Source: Dehalococcoidia bacterium
GTDB taxonomy: Bacteria > Chloroflexota > Dehalococcoidia > UBA2979
Reading direction: 5' to 3'
Assembly (NCBI GenBank): GCA_041674525.1
Contig: JBAYVN010000002.1
Span: 9,841-73,840, forward strand
DNA: 64,000 nucleotides
The position numbers and the translations under genes are program-made. The notes beneath the pieces were generated by a model. The model was not told the DNA's origin and made no database searches. It saw nothing but the letters and a program-made list of their open reading frames with translations. Shown here piece by piece: positions 10,233 to 18,919 of the stretch. Every line of letters begins with the position of its first letter. Within the stretch, counting starts at the first letter, position 1.

Positions 10233-11105
10233 TCAATCCGTCGCGTAGCGCCGCTCCAGGGCGTCGTAGCGCGACTTGTCGACGAGCCGCTGCCGCTCCT
10301 CGAACGTGGCGATGTCGTCGAGGACGCCCTCGATCGATCCGGTGCGGCGAATGTGGCCGAGCACGCGCTGCATCCCCGTCACTGCCGCCTGCAACGCCGC
10401 GTTGGCGTAGAGCACCATCGCGTAGCCCACATCCGCCAGCTCCGCCTGCCCGAGGATCGGCGTGTTCCCGCCGTACACCAGGTTCAGCAGCACCGGCGCG
10501 CCGGTGCGGGCGGGAATCGCGCGGACCTCCTCGGGAGTGCGGGGGCCCTCCACGAACAGGCAGTCCGCACCGGCCTCCCGCGCGCGGTGGGCGCGGTCGA
10601 GGGCGTCCTCGAACCCCGTGCAGGCGATGGCGTCCGTGCGCGCCATGATCAGCGTGTCAGCGCTGGCCCGGGCGTCCACGGCGGCGCGGATCTTCGCCAC
10701 GAACTCCGCGGTCGAGACGACCTCCTTGCCCTCGAAGTGGCCGCACCGCTTGGGGAAGACCTGGTCCTCCAGCTGGATGCACGTTGCGCCCGCGCGCTCC
10801 AGCGTCCGTACGGCATAGCCGACGTTGACGGCGTTGCCGAAGCCGGTGTCCGCGTCAACGATGATCGGGAGCCGGGTCGCCTCGCGGATCGCGGCGACGT
10901 GGTCAGCCAGCTGCGTCAGGCTGACGAAACTCAGGTCCGGCAGGCCGAGGTACATGTTCGTCACACCCGCGCCGGTGACGTATAGCGCCTCGTAGCCCAG
11001 GTCCTCGGCGATGCGCGCGGTGAGCGCGTTCGCGCAGCCCGGGACGAGGAGCGCGTCGCGCCGGGCGATGCGCGTGCGGAGCGACCCGCCGAGCGACTCC
11101 ACCAT
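10233..11105 (-). CDS. Isocitrate lyase/PEP mutase family enzyme (methylisocitrate-lyase / carboxyvinyl-carboxyphosphonate phosphorylmutase-like)
   Basis: About 290 aa with DADTGFG and ..IQLEDQ..KRCGH.. catalytic signatures. Start MVESLGG has a GGGAGG RBS. The upstream part of the 457-aa ORF is Arg/Ala-rich noise. Confidence 0.8.
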   Translation of the reverse strand: MVESLGGSLRTRIARRDALLVPGCANALTARIAEDLGYEALYVTGAGVTNMYLGLPDLSFVSLTQLADHVAAIREATRLPIIVDADTGFGNAVNVGYAVRTLERAGATCIQLEDQVFPKRCGHFEGKEVVSTAEFVAKIRAAVDARASADTLIMARTDAIACTGFEDALDRAHRAREAGADCLFVEGPRTPEEVRAIPARTGAPVLLNLVYGGNTPILGQAELADVGYAMVLYANAALQAAVTGMQRVLGHIRRTGSIEGVLDDIATFEERQRLVDKSRYDALERRYATD

Positions 11106-11170
11106 CAGTGCACCTCCCTCGTACCCGCCACCATCGCCAGCACGTTCACGGCAAGCGCCTTCGTGGGCGG

Positions 11171-11947
11171 TCACGCCGGGCGCGGGGAGAGGTGCGCGGA
11201 CAGGAATGCCCCCACGTGTGCGTTGAACGCCCCGGGGTCCTCGAAGTACACGGAGTGCCCGGCGTCCGGGACCTCCGCGTACTGCGCGCCGGGAACGATG
11301 GCCGCGGTCATGCGCATGATCTCCGGCGGCACCAGCGGGTCGACGCCACCGACGAGGAACAGCGACGGCACGCGCAGCGCGGCCACCTGGTCCTTGGTGG
11401 GCACGCCGGGGGCGGCAGCGATCGCATCCGCGTTGCGCGGCGGGTTGAGACCCAGCACCTGCTGGTACAGGAACGTCCCCGCGGGATGCTCGCGCTGGAA
11501 CCGCGGGCCGAGGCCGCCTCGCGCGGGCGGCTCGGGCAGGCTCGCCCGCAGCTCCGCGGACCGCTCTGAGGCGGCGGGCCAGTCGAAGAAGCCCCACGTG
11601 TCGCACATCGCCAGCGCGGTCACGCGGGCGGGGTGGCGCACGGCGAAGCCGATCGCGGTGCGCCCGCCCATGGACTGCGCGACGAGCGCCGTGCGCTCGA
11701 TTCCGAGGCGGTCGAGCAGGGCCTCCAGGTCATCGACGTAGCGCGCCGATCCTTCCTCGCGCGGGTCGGTGGAGCGCCCGAAGCCACGGTGATCGATGGT
11801 GATGCAGCGATACCGCTGGCCGAACACGGGGATCTGCTGCCACCACGAGATGTGGTTGCCGCCCGCGCCATGCAGGAACGTCACCACGGGACCCTCGCCG
11901 GTGGACTCGTAGTACAGGTCAATGCCGTTGATTTGCTCGATGGGCAT
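11171..11947 (-). CDS. Alpha/beta-fold hydrolase
   Basis: HGAGG oxyanion motif and AQSMGG nucleophile elbow. Start chosen at MPIEQING. Confidence 0.75.
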   Translation of the reverse strand: MPIEQINGIDLYYESTGEGPVVTFLHGAGGNHISWWQQIPVFGQRYRCITIDHRGFGRSTDPREEGSARYVDDLEALLDRLGIERTALVAQSMGGRTAIGFAVRHPARVTALAMCDTWGFFDWPAASERSAELRASLPEPPARGGLGPRFQREHPAGTFLYQQVLGLNPPRNADAIAAAPGVPTKDQVAALRVPSLFLVGGVDPLVPPEIMRMTAAIVPGAQYAEVPDAGHSVYFEDPGAFNAHVGAFLSAHLSPRPA

Positions 11948-12067
11948 GCAGCGCTCCGTTCGCGATCCTCGCGTGCATTCTGCCACCGCGTGGCTACTCC
12001 AGCGGCGCCACGAGCTAGCGCACGCTCCCCGCGGCGGTTCCGCGAACGCCGCAGTCCCGGGGAGGCA

Positions 12068-12142
12068 GGTCGCGAGAGACCGGGTCGCGAGAGACTGGGT
12101 CGCGAGAGACTGGGTCGCGAAAGACTGGGTCGCGGGACACGG
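12068..12142. repeat. Five tandem copies of a 15-bp unit (GGTCGCGAGAGACTG)
   Basis: Read directly: ggtcgcgagagaccg, ggtcgcgagagactg, ggtcgcgagagactg, ggtcgcgaaagactg, ggtcgcgggacacgg. Intergenic, upstream of the minus-strand hydrolase gene. Confidence 0.85.
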
Positions 12143-12169
12143 AGAAGCCCGCCGAATGGCGGGCTTCTC
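12142..12169 (-). terminator. GC-rich hairpin (gagaagcccgcc-gaat-ggcgggcttctc) downstream of the hotdog gene pair
   Basis: Perfect 12-bp stem with a 4-nt loop, 39 nt after the minus-strand stop at 12208. Confidence 0.6.
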
Positions 12170-12207
12170 TCATCGGCCAGCGGTCGCGCGAACGCGCCGC
12201 CGGGACG

Positions 12208-12759
12208 CTACTGGCAGACGACGGTCGCCTTGCCCTCGAGGTCCCACATCGGCGTGGTGGTCGGGTACTTGGTGGACGGCAGCGCCACGATGACGGTGCC
12301 GGTCATGCCCACGCGGCGAGGCGTGTGCGACAGCATCGTCAGCTCGACGAAGTTCAGGCCGTTCTCCTGCCACTTCTTCGTGATCTTCCCACCGACGTGG
12401 ATGATGTCACCCGACAGGTGGAAGTTGGTGATGCGGAAGGTGGCGGACCGTACGCGGCCGTAGATGCCCATCCAGTCCGAGATCACGCGCTCCCACAGCA
12501 TCAGGCAGGAGTTGTTCTGGAGGAACATGCGCTCGGCGTTGTTGGCCTGGGCGACGCGGTCGTTGTGGTGCAGGCCGGGGTAGTTCCGGGTGGCGCCCAC
12601 GAACATGATCATGCGCTGGACGGTCAGGTTGAAGTCGACGGTCGGGATCTCGTCGTCGACGTTGACGCCCTCGAAGTAGACCTGGGGCGGAATCGGGTAC
12701 TGGACCGTGTTGTTGTCGTTCCCGTAGAACGTGGGCATTTGCGCGGGGTTACGTGGCAT
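12208..12759 (-). CDS. Hotdog-fold (MaoC-like) dehydratase subunit
   Basis: 183 aa. The single-hotdog pattern ..GDIIHVGGKIT.. is typical of MaoC/HadB-type (R)-hydratase halves. It follows a second hotdog gene directly. Confidence 0.6.
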   Translation of the reverse strand: MPRNPAQMPTFYGNDNNTVQYPIPPQVYFEGVNVDDEIPTVDFNLTVQRMIMFVGATRNYPGLHHNDRVAQANNAERMFLQNNSCLMLWERVISDWMGIYGRVRSATFRITNFHLSGDIIHVGGKITKKWQENGLNFVELTMLSHTPRRVGMTGTVIVALPSTKYPTTTPMWDLEGKATVVCQ

Positions 12760-12815
12760 GTGCGTTCTCCTTCAGCGTTGATCGAGAGGGATGCGGGTTG
12801 CGATCGTCCGGCTCG

Positions 12816-13448
12816 CTATGAGCCGGGCTCGTCAACCACGCCCTCCTTGCGCACGAAGGAGTAGGTCCCCTGCGTCGCGCGGGCGACGATCTGGCCGAAC
12901 TGGTTGAAGTAACTGGTGTCGTAGCCAATGAACGCGCCGATGCCGACGCGCGTCTCGCGCGGCGTGACGTGGTGCAGTACGCGACCCATGGTGGTGAGCC
13001 GGTCGCCCAGGCACACGGGCTCGAAGAACTCGATCGTCATGTCCGTGAAGAAGCCGGCGTTGGTCGGCGGCACCGGCGGACCGCCTGCGGACGGCTGGCG
13101 GTTGGCCAGCTGGGACTGGAAGTCCATGTCCACGTCCAGCGGGAAGCGCGTCGGCTGGCCCGGGCGCCAGTTGCCCCCGTAGGTGGGGACTTCCTTGACC
13201 ATGGCCCAGGGCACCACCTGGCTGCGGTAGCCGGCCATGCGGGCGACTTCCTCGTCCCAGTAGAGCGGGTTGCCGATCTCGGCCGGTTCGCAGTAGCGCG
13301 AGAGCATCACCTTATCGACGCGCTCGTCGGCGACCATGATGATGCCGCCGGAGTAGTCCTCGCCGATGTGCTTCGCGGTGTCTTCCCAGGTGACGTTCGG
13401 GTCGCCCCGCATCGGGCGCGCCGCTGGTGGTGTCTGTTCGGTTGTCAT
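12816..13448 (-). CDS. Hotdog-fold (MaoC N-terminal-like / FAS1-like) dehydratase subunit
   Basis: About 210 aa from MTTEQ with an AAGGACG RBS. Resembles the non-catalytic hotdog half of two-subunit hydratases. The pair 13448>12208 is reminiscent of HadAB, Mch and itaconyl-CoA hydratase. Confidence 0.6.
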   Translation of the reverse strand: MTTEQTPPAARPMRGDPNVTWEDTAKHIGEDYSGGIIMVADERVDKVMLSRYCEPAEIGNPLYWDEEVARMAGYRSQVVPWAMVKEVPTYGGNWRPGQPTRFPLDVDMDFQSQLANRQPSAGGPPVPPTNAGFFTDMTIEFFEPVCLGDRLTTMGRVLHHVTPRETRVGIGAFIGYDTSYFNQFGQIVARATQGTYSFVRKEGVVDEPGS

Positions 13449-13769
13449 TCTTACGTCCTTCGTGCGTGCTCTCTGGCTGCGGAACTGCTCGGCTCTCGGC
13501 TCTCGGTCGCTCCTTACGCTCTCGCGATCGCTCCGCCCGCATGGTAGCGGCGCCGCGACGCTCCTGCCTGTCTCTCCCGGCCCGGCGCCGGGGATGTGCC
13601 GCGAGGTCAATCGGTCCGGCATCCACAGCGCGGGGGGCCACCCTCACCCGCCGGAAAGGCCGGCGCGCGCACTGATACCACATCCTCACGCGCCGTGCCA
13701 GCGAAGCACCCCGGGGCAGGCGGGCAGGGGCCGGACCATGCCCGGCCCGGCGAGCCGCCTCGGCGCGGG

Positions 13770-14465
13770 TCAGGCGCGGTCGACGAAGCGGTAGCCCACG
13801 CCCGGCTCCGTCAGGAGGTGCCGCGGGCGCTGGGGATCCGGCTCGATCTTCTTGCGGAGGCGTGCGACGTAGACGTGGAGGTAATGGTTCTCGTCACCGT
13901 ACTCCGGCCCCCAGACCTCGCGCAGGAGGGCGCGGTCGGTCAGCACGCGGTCGCGATGCGTGACGAACGCCTTCAGCAGGTCGTATTCGGTGGGCGTCAG
14001 GTGCACCTCCTCGGCGCCGATGGTGACGCGCCGCCGCTCCAGGTCCACCGTCAGGTCGCCGCTGCTCCAGCGCGCCTCGCTCCCGCTGCGCGGCGACGCC
14101 ACGTGGCGGATGGCCACGCGGATGCGCGCGAGGAGCTCCTCCACCCCGAACGGCTTCGAGACGTAATCGTCCGCCCCGGCGTCCAGGGCCGCGACGCGAT
14201 CGCGCTCCGCCTCGCGCGCGGACAGCACGATGATCGGGAGGCTGGAATGCTCACGCACGGCGCGGATGAAGTCCACGCCGTCCATGTCGGGGAGGTTCAG
14301 GTCCAGCACCACCAGGTCGGGATGGCGGCTGCCGAGTTGGTCGAGGCCGCCGACCGCGGTCTCTGAGGTAAACACCTCGTACCCGCGCGCCTCCAGGTTG
14401 CGGCGCAGCAGCCGGAGCATCTGCGGCTCGTCATCGACCACCAGCAGGCGCGCACCGGTGCTCAT
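13770..14465 (-). CDS. OmpR/PhoB-family response regulator (KdpE-like)
   Basis: Receiver domain (LLVVDDE..D..) plus winged-helix output (..VGYRF). Confidence 0.85.
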   Translation of the reverse strand: MSTGARLLVVDDEPQMLRLLRRNLEARGYEVFTSETAVGGLDQLGSRHPDLVVLDLNLPDMDGVDFIRAVREHSSLPIIVLSAREAERDRVAALDAGADDYVSKPFGVEELLARIRVAIRHVASPRSGSEARWSSGDLTVDLERRRVTIGAEEVHLTPTEYDLLKAFVTHRDRVLTDRALLREVWGPEYGDENHYLHVYVARLRKKIEPDPQRPRHLLTEPGVGYRFVDRA

Positions 14466-14474
14466 GCGCGCACC

Positions 14475-16052
14475 CTACGCCTCGGTCCGCGGCGGGACCA
14501 TGCCGGCGGGCCGGGGGAGCGTGACCACGAACCGCGCGCCGCCGCCGGGGGCGTTGGAGGCGGCGATCGTGCCACCATGTGCCGCCACCAGGGCGTGCGC
14601 CACCGCCAGTCCCAGCCCCGTGCCGCGCTGGTCCCGCAGGCCGCGCTCCCGGGCGAACGGCTCGAAGAGGTGCGGAAGCACGTCCGCGGGGATCCCGGGC
14701 CCGTCATCCGCGACGGTGATGCGCAGGTCCCCCCCCGCGTCCTCCACCCGGACGTCGATCGCGGTCTCGGGGGGCGTGTGCCGGCAGGCGTTCTCCACGA
14801 GGTTCGCCACGACCTCGCCGATCGCCACGGGGTCCAGCACCGCGGACGAGAGGTCGTTGGCCGCGTGGAGGACGATGCGCCTGCCGGGGAGTGCATCGCG
14901 AAGGCGGGCCACCGTGGCCGCGACCACGTCCGCAGGGTCGTGCCACTCCCGGGTCAGCGCGAGCGTCCCCGACTCGATGCGCGAGAGGTCCAGCAGGTGG
15001 CGCACCATCTGGTCCAGCCGGTGCGCCTCGCCGGTGATCGCGTCGATGAACTCGCGGCGTTCCTCGGTCTTCCAGTCGATGTCGGAGCGGAGGCTGTCCG
15101 CGGCGGCGACGATCGCGGCGAGCGGGGTGCGCAGATCGTGCGAGACGGTGTTCAGCAGGATCGTCCGCAGCTCGTCCGCGCGGCGCAGGGCCTCCACCTC
15201 CGTCGCCTCGTGGCGCAGGCGGTCGCGCTCCACGGCCTCGGCCACCTCGTCCGCGGTGGCGGAGAGGAGGCGCTGGGTGATCGCATCCAGCGGGGGGCCC
15301 CCCGGGGGCAGCGCCACCGTCACCCAGCCGGCACCGTCCGTGCCGATGCGGACGTGGTACACGTCGAACCGCCCCGGCTGGCGGTGGCGCAGGCCGGTCC
15401 GGGTGCTGATCCACCGCCGCGGGCGGAAGCCGTTGGCGGCATCCTCCGCGCTCGCCAGGATGCGCCCCTCGCCGTAGCGCCCCAGCCCGCGCACGTAGCG
15501 GAGCGCTTCCTGGTCGCCGGACGAGGCGACGAGGGGCTCCGGGTCGCGAGACACGCTGATCGTCACGGCGGTCGCGCCCACCGCATTGGTGAGCACCGCC
15601 GCCGTCTCCTGCAGCCCTCCGGCCAGGGACTCGCCCGCCATGACGTGCGCGACGCGATAGAGCACCGAGGCGGCGCGCTCGTTGAGGCGAGCCTCGTCCG
15701 TGCGCCGCCGCACCAGCGTGGCGAGCTGCGCCGTGACCAAGCCGGTGAGCAGGAGCACCGACAGCGTGATCCACTCGACGGGGTCGGCCACGGTGACCGT
15801 GTAGTACGGCACCACGAAGAGCAGGTCGAACGCCAAGAACGAGGCCACGGCGGCCGTCACCGCTGCGGCACGCCCGGCGACGATCGCCACCACCAGCACC
15901 GCCGCGATATAGAGGACGGAGAGCCCGGCCACGGGCGTGTACGGCCGGGCAAGCGCGATCGCACCCGAGACCGCGCCGACGACGGCGAGCGCGAGACCGG
16001 TGCGCACCCACGGCTCGTTCCAGACGCGCGCGAGGCCACCGGGTGTCCGCAT
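14475..16052 (-). CDS. Sensor histidine kinase with KdpD-type TM (DUF4118) and GAF-like region; no KdpD N-terminal domain
   Basis: Four N-terminal TM helices, then HisKA (SHDLRTPL) and HATPase_c (G-box) motifs. Sits directly upstream of the KdpE-like regulator. No kdpABC genes are in the window. Confidence 0.8.
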   Translation of the reverse strand: MRTPGGLARVWNEPWVRTGLALAVVGAVSGAIALARPYTPVAGLSVLYIAAVLVVAIVAGRAAAVTAAVASFLAFDLLFVVPYYTVTVADPVEWITLSVLLLTGLVTAQLATLVRRRTDEARLNERAASVLYRVAHVMAGESLAGGLQETAAVLTNAVGATAVTISVSRDPEPLVASSGDQEALRYVRGLGRYGEGRILASAEDAANGFRPRRWISTRTGLRHRQPGRFDVYHVRIGTDGAGWVTVALPPGGPPLDAITQRLLSATADEVAEAVERDRLRHEATEVEALRRADELRTILLNTVSHDLRTPLAAIVAAADSLRSDIDWKTEERREFIDAITGEAHRLDQMVRHLLDLSRIESGTLALTREWHDPADVVAATVARLRDALPGRRIVLHAANDLSSAVLDPVAIGEVVANLVENACRHTPPETAIDVRVEDAGGDLRITVADDGPGIPADVLPHLFEPFARERGLRDQRGTGLGLAVAHALVAAHGGTIAASNAPGGGARFVVTLPRPAGMVPPRTEA

Positions 16053-16239
16053 CCTTCCATGATGCGCCTGTGCGTCTTAACGGGGCGAGGGACCCGTCCC
16101 AACAGCCCGAGGGCGCGCACGTCCAAACGTACGAACGGTCCGGGATTTGTGTACCATCGGTGCCGGCGAAGATTCGCCGAGATTAAGTAGGTCACGCGCA
16201 CCAAGGACGGGTCAGCCGGCCGTCAGAAGGTCCAGAGGT

Positions 16240-18558
16240 ATGGAGACCACCTCGCGCACGCCCCGTGACCCGGAGGACTCGCTGTCCATCCACAGCGACG
16301 GCCACGCGCAGATCCTGCTGACGCGCTCGGAGCGCCTGGCGGCGTTCGGGACATGGGAGCGGGACGTCGTGACCGGAAGAGGTCGCTGGTCGCCTGAGAC
16401 GTTCCAGCTGATGGGCCTGCACGAGGATGCCGGCGCGCCGGACTTCGATGTCTGGCTCAGCTGGATCCATCCCGAGGACCGCCGGCCCCTCCACGAGGCC
16501 CACGCGCTGGTGGCAACCGGCGGGGCGATCCACGCCGAGCTCACCTTCCGCGTGACCCCGCCGGACGGGCACATGCGCGTGATCCGCGGCAGCGTCTTCC
16601 GCGCGCCGGACCAGCCGGTCGTGCTCGGCATCGCCCACGATGTGACGCCGGAGACGCGGGCGCGCGAGGACGCGGAGCACACTCGCGCGCTCCTGGCGGA
16701 GGCGATCGACGCGGTCCCCGAGGTGATCACGATCCGCGGGAACGACGGGCGCCCGCTGTGGTGGAACCGCGCGCACGAGGAGTTGACGGGCCTGTCGCGT
16801 GAGGCGATCAACGAGTCCCGGCGCGGCGGGTCGATCCACGCGGACGATCTCGCGGCGTTCCTCGCGTGGACAGACGCCGCGACCGACCGCGAGCCGGCAG
16901 CGCCGGGCACGGAGACACCGACGTTCCGCGTGGTGCGCCCGGACGGGTCGATCCGGCACTTCCGGCCGATGCGCGGCGCGACCATCCGCCTGCACGGAGA
17001 GGCCATCGGCGTGGTGCGCTCGGGACGCGACGTGACCGAGGAGGTCCGCGCCCGGCAGGAGGCCGCGGCGCACGCCGCCGAGTCCGCGGCGATCCTGGAC
17101 GGCATCCCCGCAGCCGTCGCGCTCATCGATCCCGCGCAACGCATCGTGCGTTGCAACCGCGCCTTCGTGGACGCCGCCGGGTGCGCGGTGAACGAGGTGA
17201 TCGGGGAGCACGTCGCGCGCTTCCTCGTGGATGCGGCGCCGCTCGCCGCCGCGCACGGTCCGGCACCGGGCGACGCGCGGATCGTGCACCTGCGCCGGCG
17301 CGACGGGTCCACCACACCGGTGTCGCTGACCGCGGGGCCGCTGCGCGACACCGATCCGTCCGGCCCGCGCCTGTTGACGTTCACGGACGCGACGGCGACG
17401 GTGCTGGCAAACGAGCAGGTGCAGGCGCTCCAGCGCCACGAGGCGATCGGGGAGCTGGTTGCCGGGGTCGCCCACGACTTCAACAACCTGTTGACCGGGA
17501 TCCTCGGCCCGCTGCACATGCTGCAGGGGAACCCCCTGGAGCAGCGCTGGCTGGATATCGCCGTCGAGGCCGCCGAACGCGCGGTGCCGCTGACGCGCCA
17601 GCTCCTGGACGCCTCGCGCCCCGTTCCCGCGGAGCTGTCGCCCACCGACGTCACCCGGGTCGCGGCGGACGTGGTGCGCCTGTTCAGCGCGACCAGCGAT
17701 CGCCGCCTGCGCTTCGCGCTGCACCAGCCGCCCCTGGTGCCACACGTAGTGGCGACGGCCTCCGGCCTGCAGCAGGTGCTGATCAACCTCGTCGCCAACG
17801 CGCGCGACGCGGTGCTCGAACGCCTCGAGGCTGATCCGGAGGGACCGGCGGGCACGGTGGACGTGACCATCCGAGTGGACGACGACGCCCCTCCCCGCGT
17901 CTTGGTCAGCGTCGCGGACAACGGCCGCGGCGTCCCCGAGGAGCTCCGAGAGCGGATCTTCGATCCCTTCTTCACGACCAAGCGCAGCGGGAAGGGCACG
18001 GGCGTGGGGCTCCCGACCAGCCGCGCGCTGGTCGCGCAGTACGGGGGCACGCTGACCTTCCATCCCCACCCGGGTGGCGGCACCGTCTTCACCCTCGAGC
18101 TGCCGGTCGCGGGGGCCGCGCTCGAGTCCGGAGCGGCGTCACCCTCGGCGCCCCCGCGCGACCGGCCGCTGGAGGGCATGCGCGTGCTGCTCATCGACGA
18201 CGACGACGCGGTGCGGGCGTACGCGGAGCACGTCCTCACGGTAAGCGGCGCGATCGTCGACTTCGCTGCCAGCGCGGAGATCGGGCTGACGCTCATCGCC
18301 GCCTCGCCTCCCGAGGCCGCGGTCTTCGACCTCAACATGCTGGACATGAGCGGCTGGACATTCCTCCGTCGCGCTCGCGCGCTCGCGCCGGGGGCGCGCC
18401 TGGTGGTGCTGTCCGGCCACGTAGACGCGGAGCAGCAGCGCCGGCACCGCCCGGACGCGGTCGTGTGGAAGCCGTACCGACCGGCGCAACTCGTGCAGGC
18501 GCTGCTCGGCACGCGCTCGACCGGCGCGGCGGAGGCCGCCGGGGGCGCACCAGCTTGA
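16240..18558 (+). CDS. Hybrid sensor histidine kinase with multiple PAS domains and a C-terminal receiver
   Basis: Repeated PAS-like segments, HisKA (AGVAHDFNNLL), HATPase_c (DNGRGVP..GTGVGL), then a receiver (LLIDDDD..D..K). Confidence 0.8.
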   Translation: METTSRTPRDPEDSLSIHSDGHAQILLTRSERLAAFGTWERDVVTGRGRWSPETFQLMGLHEDAGAPDFDVWLSWIHPEDRRPLHEAHALVATGGAIHAELTFRVTPPDGHMRVIRGSVFRAPDQPVVLGIAHDVTPETRAREDAEHTRALLAEAIDAVPEVITIRGNDGRPLWWNRAHEELTGLSREAINESRRGGSIHADDLAAFLAWTDAATDREPAAPGTETPTFRVVRPDGSIRHFRPMRGATIRLHGEAIGVVRSGRDVTEEVRARQEAAAHAAESAAILDGIPAAVALIDPAQRIVRCNRAFVDAAGCAVNEVIGEHVARFLVDAAPLAAAHGPAPGDARIVHLRRRDGSTTPVSLTAGPLRDTDPSGPRLLTFTDATATVLANEQVQALQRHEAIGELVAGVAHDFNNLLTGILGPLHMLQGNPLEQRWLDIAVEAAERAVPLTRQLLDASRPVPAELSPTDVTRVAADVVRLFSATSDRRLRFALHQPPLVPHVVATASGLQQVLINLVANARDAVLERLEADPEGPAGTVDVTIRVDDDAPPRVLVSVADNGRGVPEELRERIFDPFFTTKRSGKGTGVGLPTSRALVAQYGGTLTFHPHPGGGTVFTLELPVAGAALESGAASPSAPPRDRPLEGMRVLLIDDDDAVRAYAEHVLTVSGAIVDFAASAEIGLTLIAASPPEAAVFDLNMLDMSGWTFLRRARALAPGARLVVLSGHVDAEQQRRHRPDAVVWKPYRPAQLVQALLGTRSTGAAEAAGGAPA

Positions 18559-18646
18559 GGGCGCGCTTGGTTGTCATCGATTAACGGGCCTCGAGGTGAT
18601 GGTCATCTGGTGAGGGGACACTCAACTCACCTGGGTTCGTGACGCT

Positions 18647-18732
18647 ACGTGATGTCGCACGTGATACCGCAGGTGATGGCGTCACGTGGTGGCATCGGTG
18701 ATCGCCTCACGTGATGTCGCATGTGATAGCGC
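18647..18732. repeat. Array of about seven tandem ~12-bp units with an A(C/G/T)GTGAT core; includes two 26-bp near-identical copies
   Basis: Read directly: acgtgatgtcgc, acgtgataccgc, aggtgatggcgtc, acgtggtggcatc, ggtgatcgcctc, acgtgatgtcgc, atgtgatagcgc. Lies about 190 bp upstream of SBP gene 18920. Confidence 0.8.
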
Positions 18733-18919
18733 CACTGAGCCAGGCGCCCGCTGCTACCGCGCGGCCGCGCGCAATCCGCGCCGCCGCGCGCTTCGTATCC
18801 CCCTTGTAATCAGTCGTGCACCGTACTACACATGACGAGCATTATCGGTACGGATGACGTGTGTGTTTGGGCGGCGTCTTCCCCTGTGCAAGGGGGAACC
18901 GCCGACGAGGGGAGTCCGA

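Noticed and set aside
11108-11741. Plus-strand ORFs 11108..11569 and 11163..11741
   Set aside because: Antisense to the well-supported ICL-family and alpha/beta hydrolase genes.
16192-18512. 625/766-aa minus-strand ORFs
   Set aside because: Antisense shadows of the hybrid histidine kinase.
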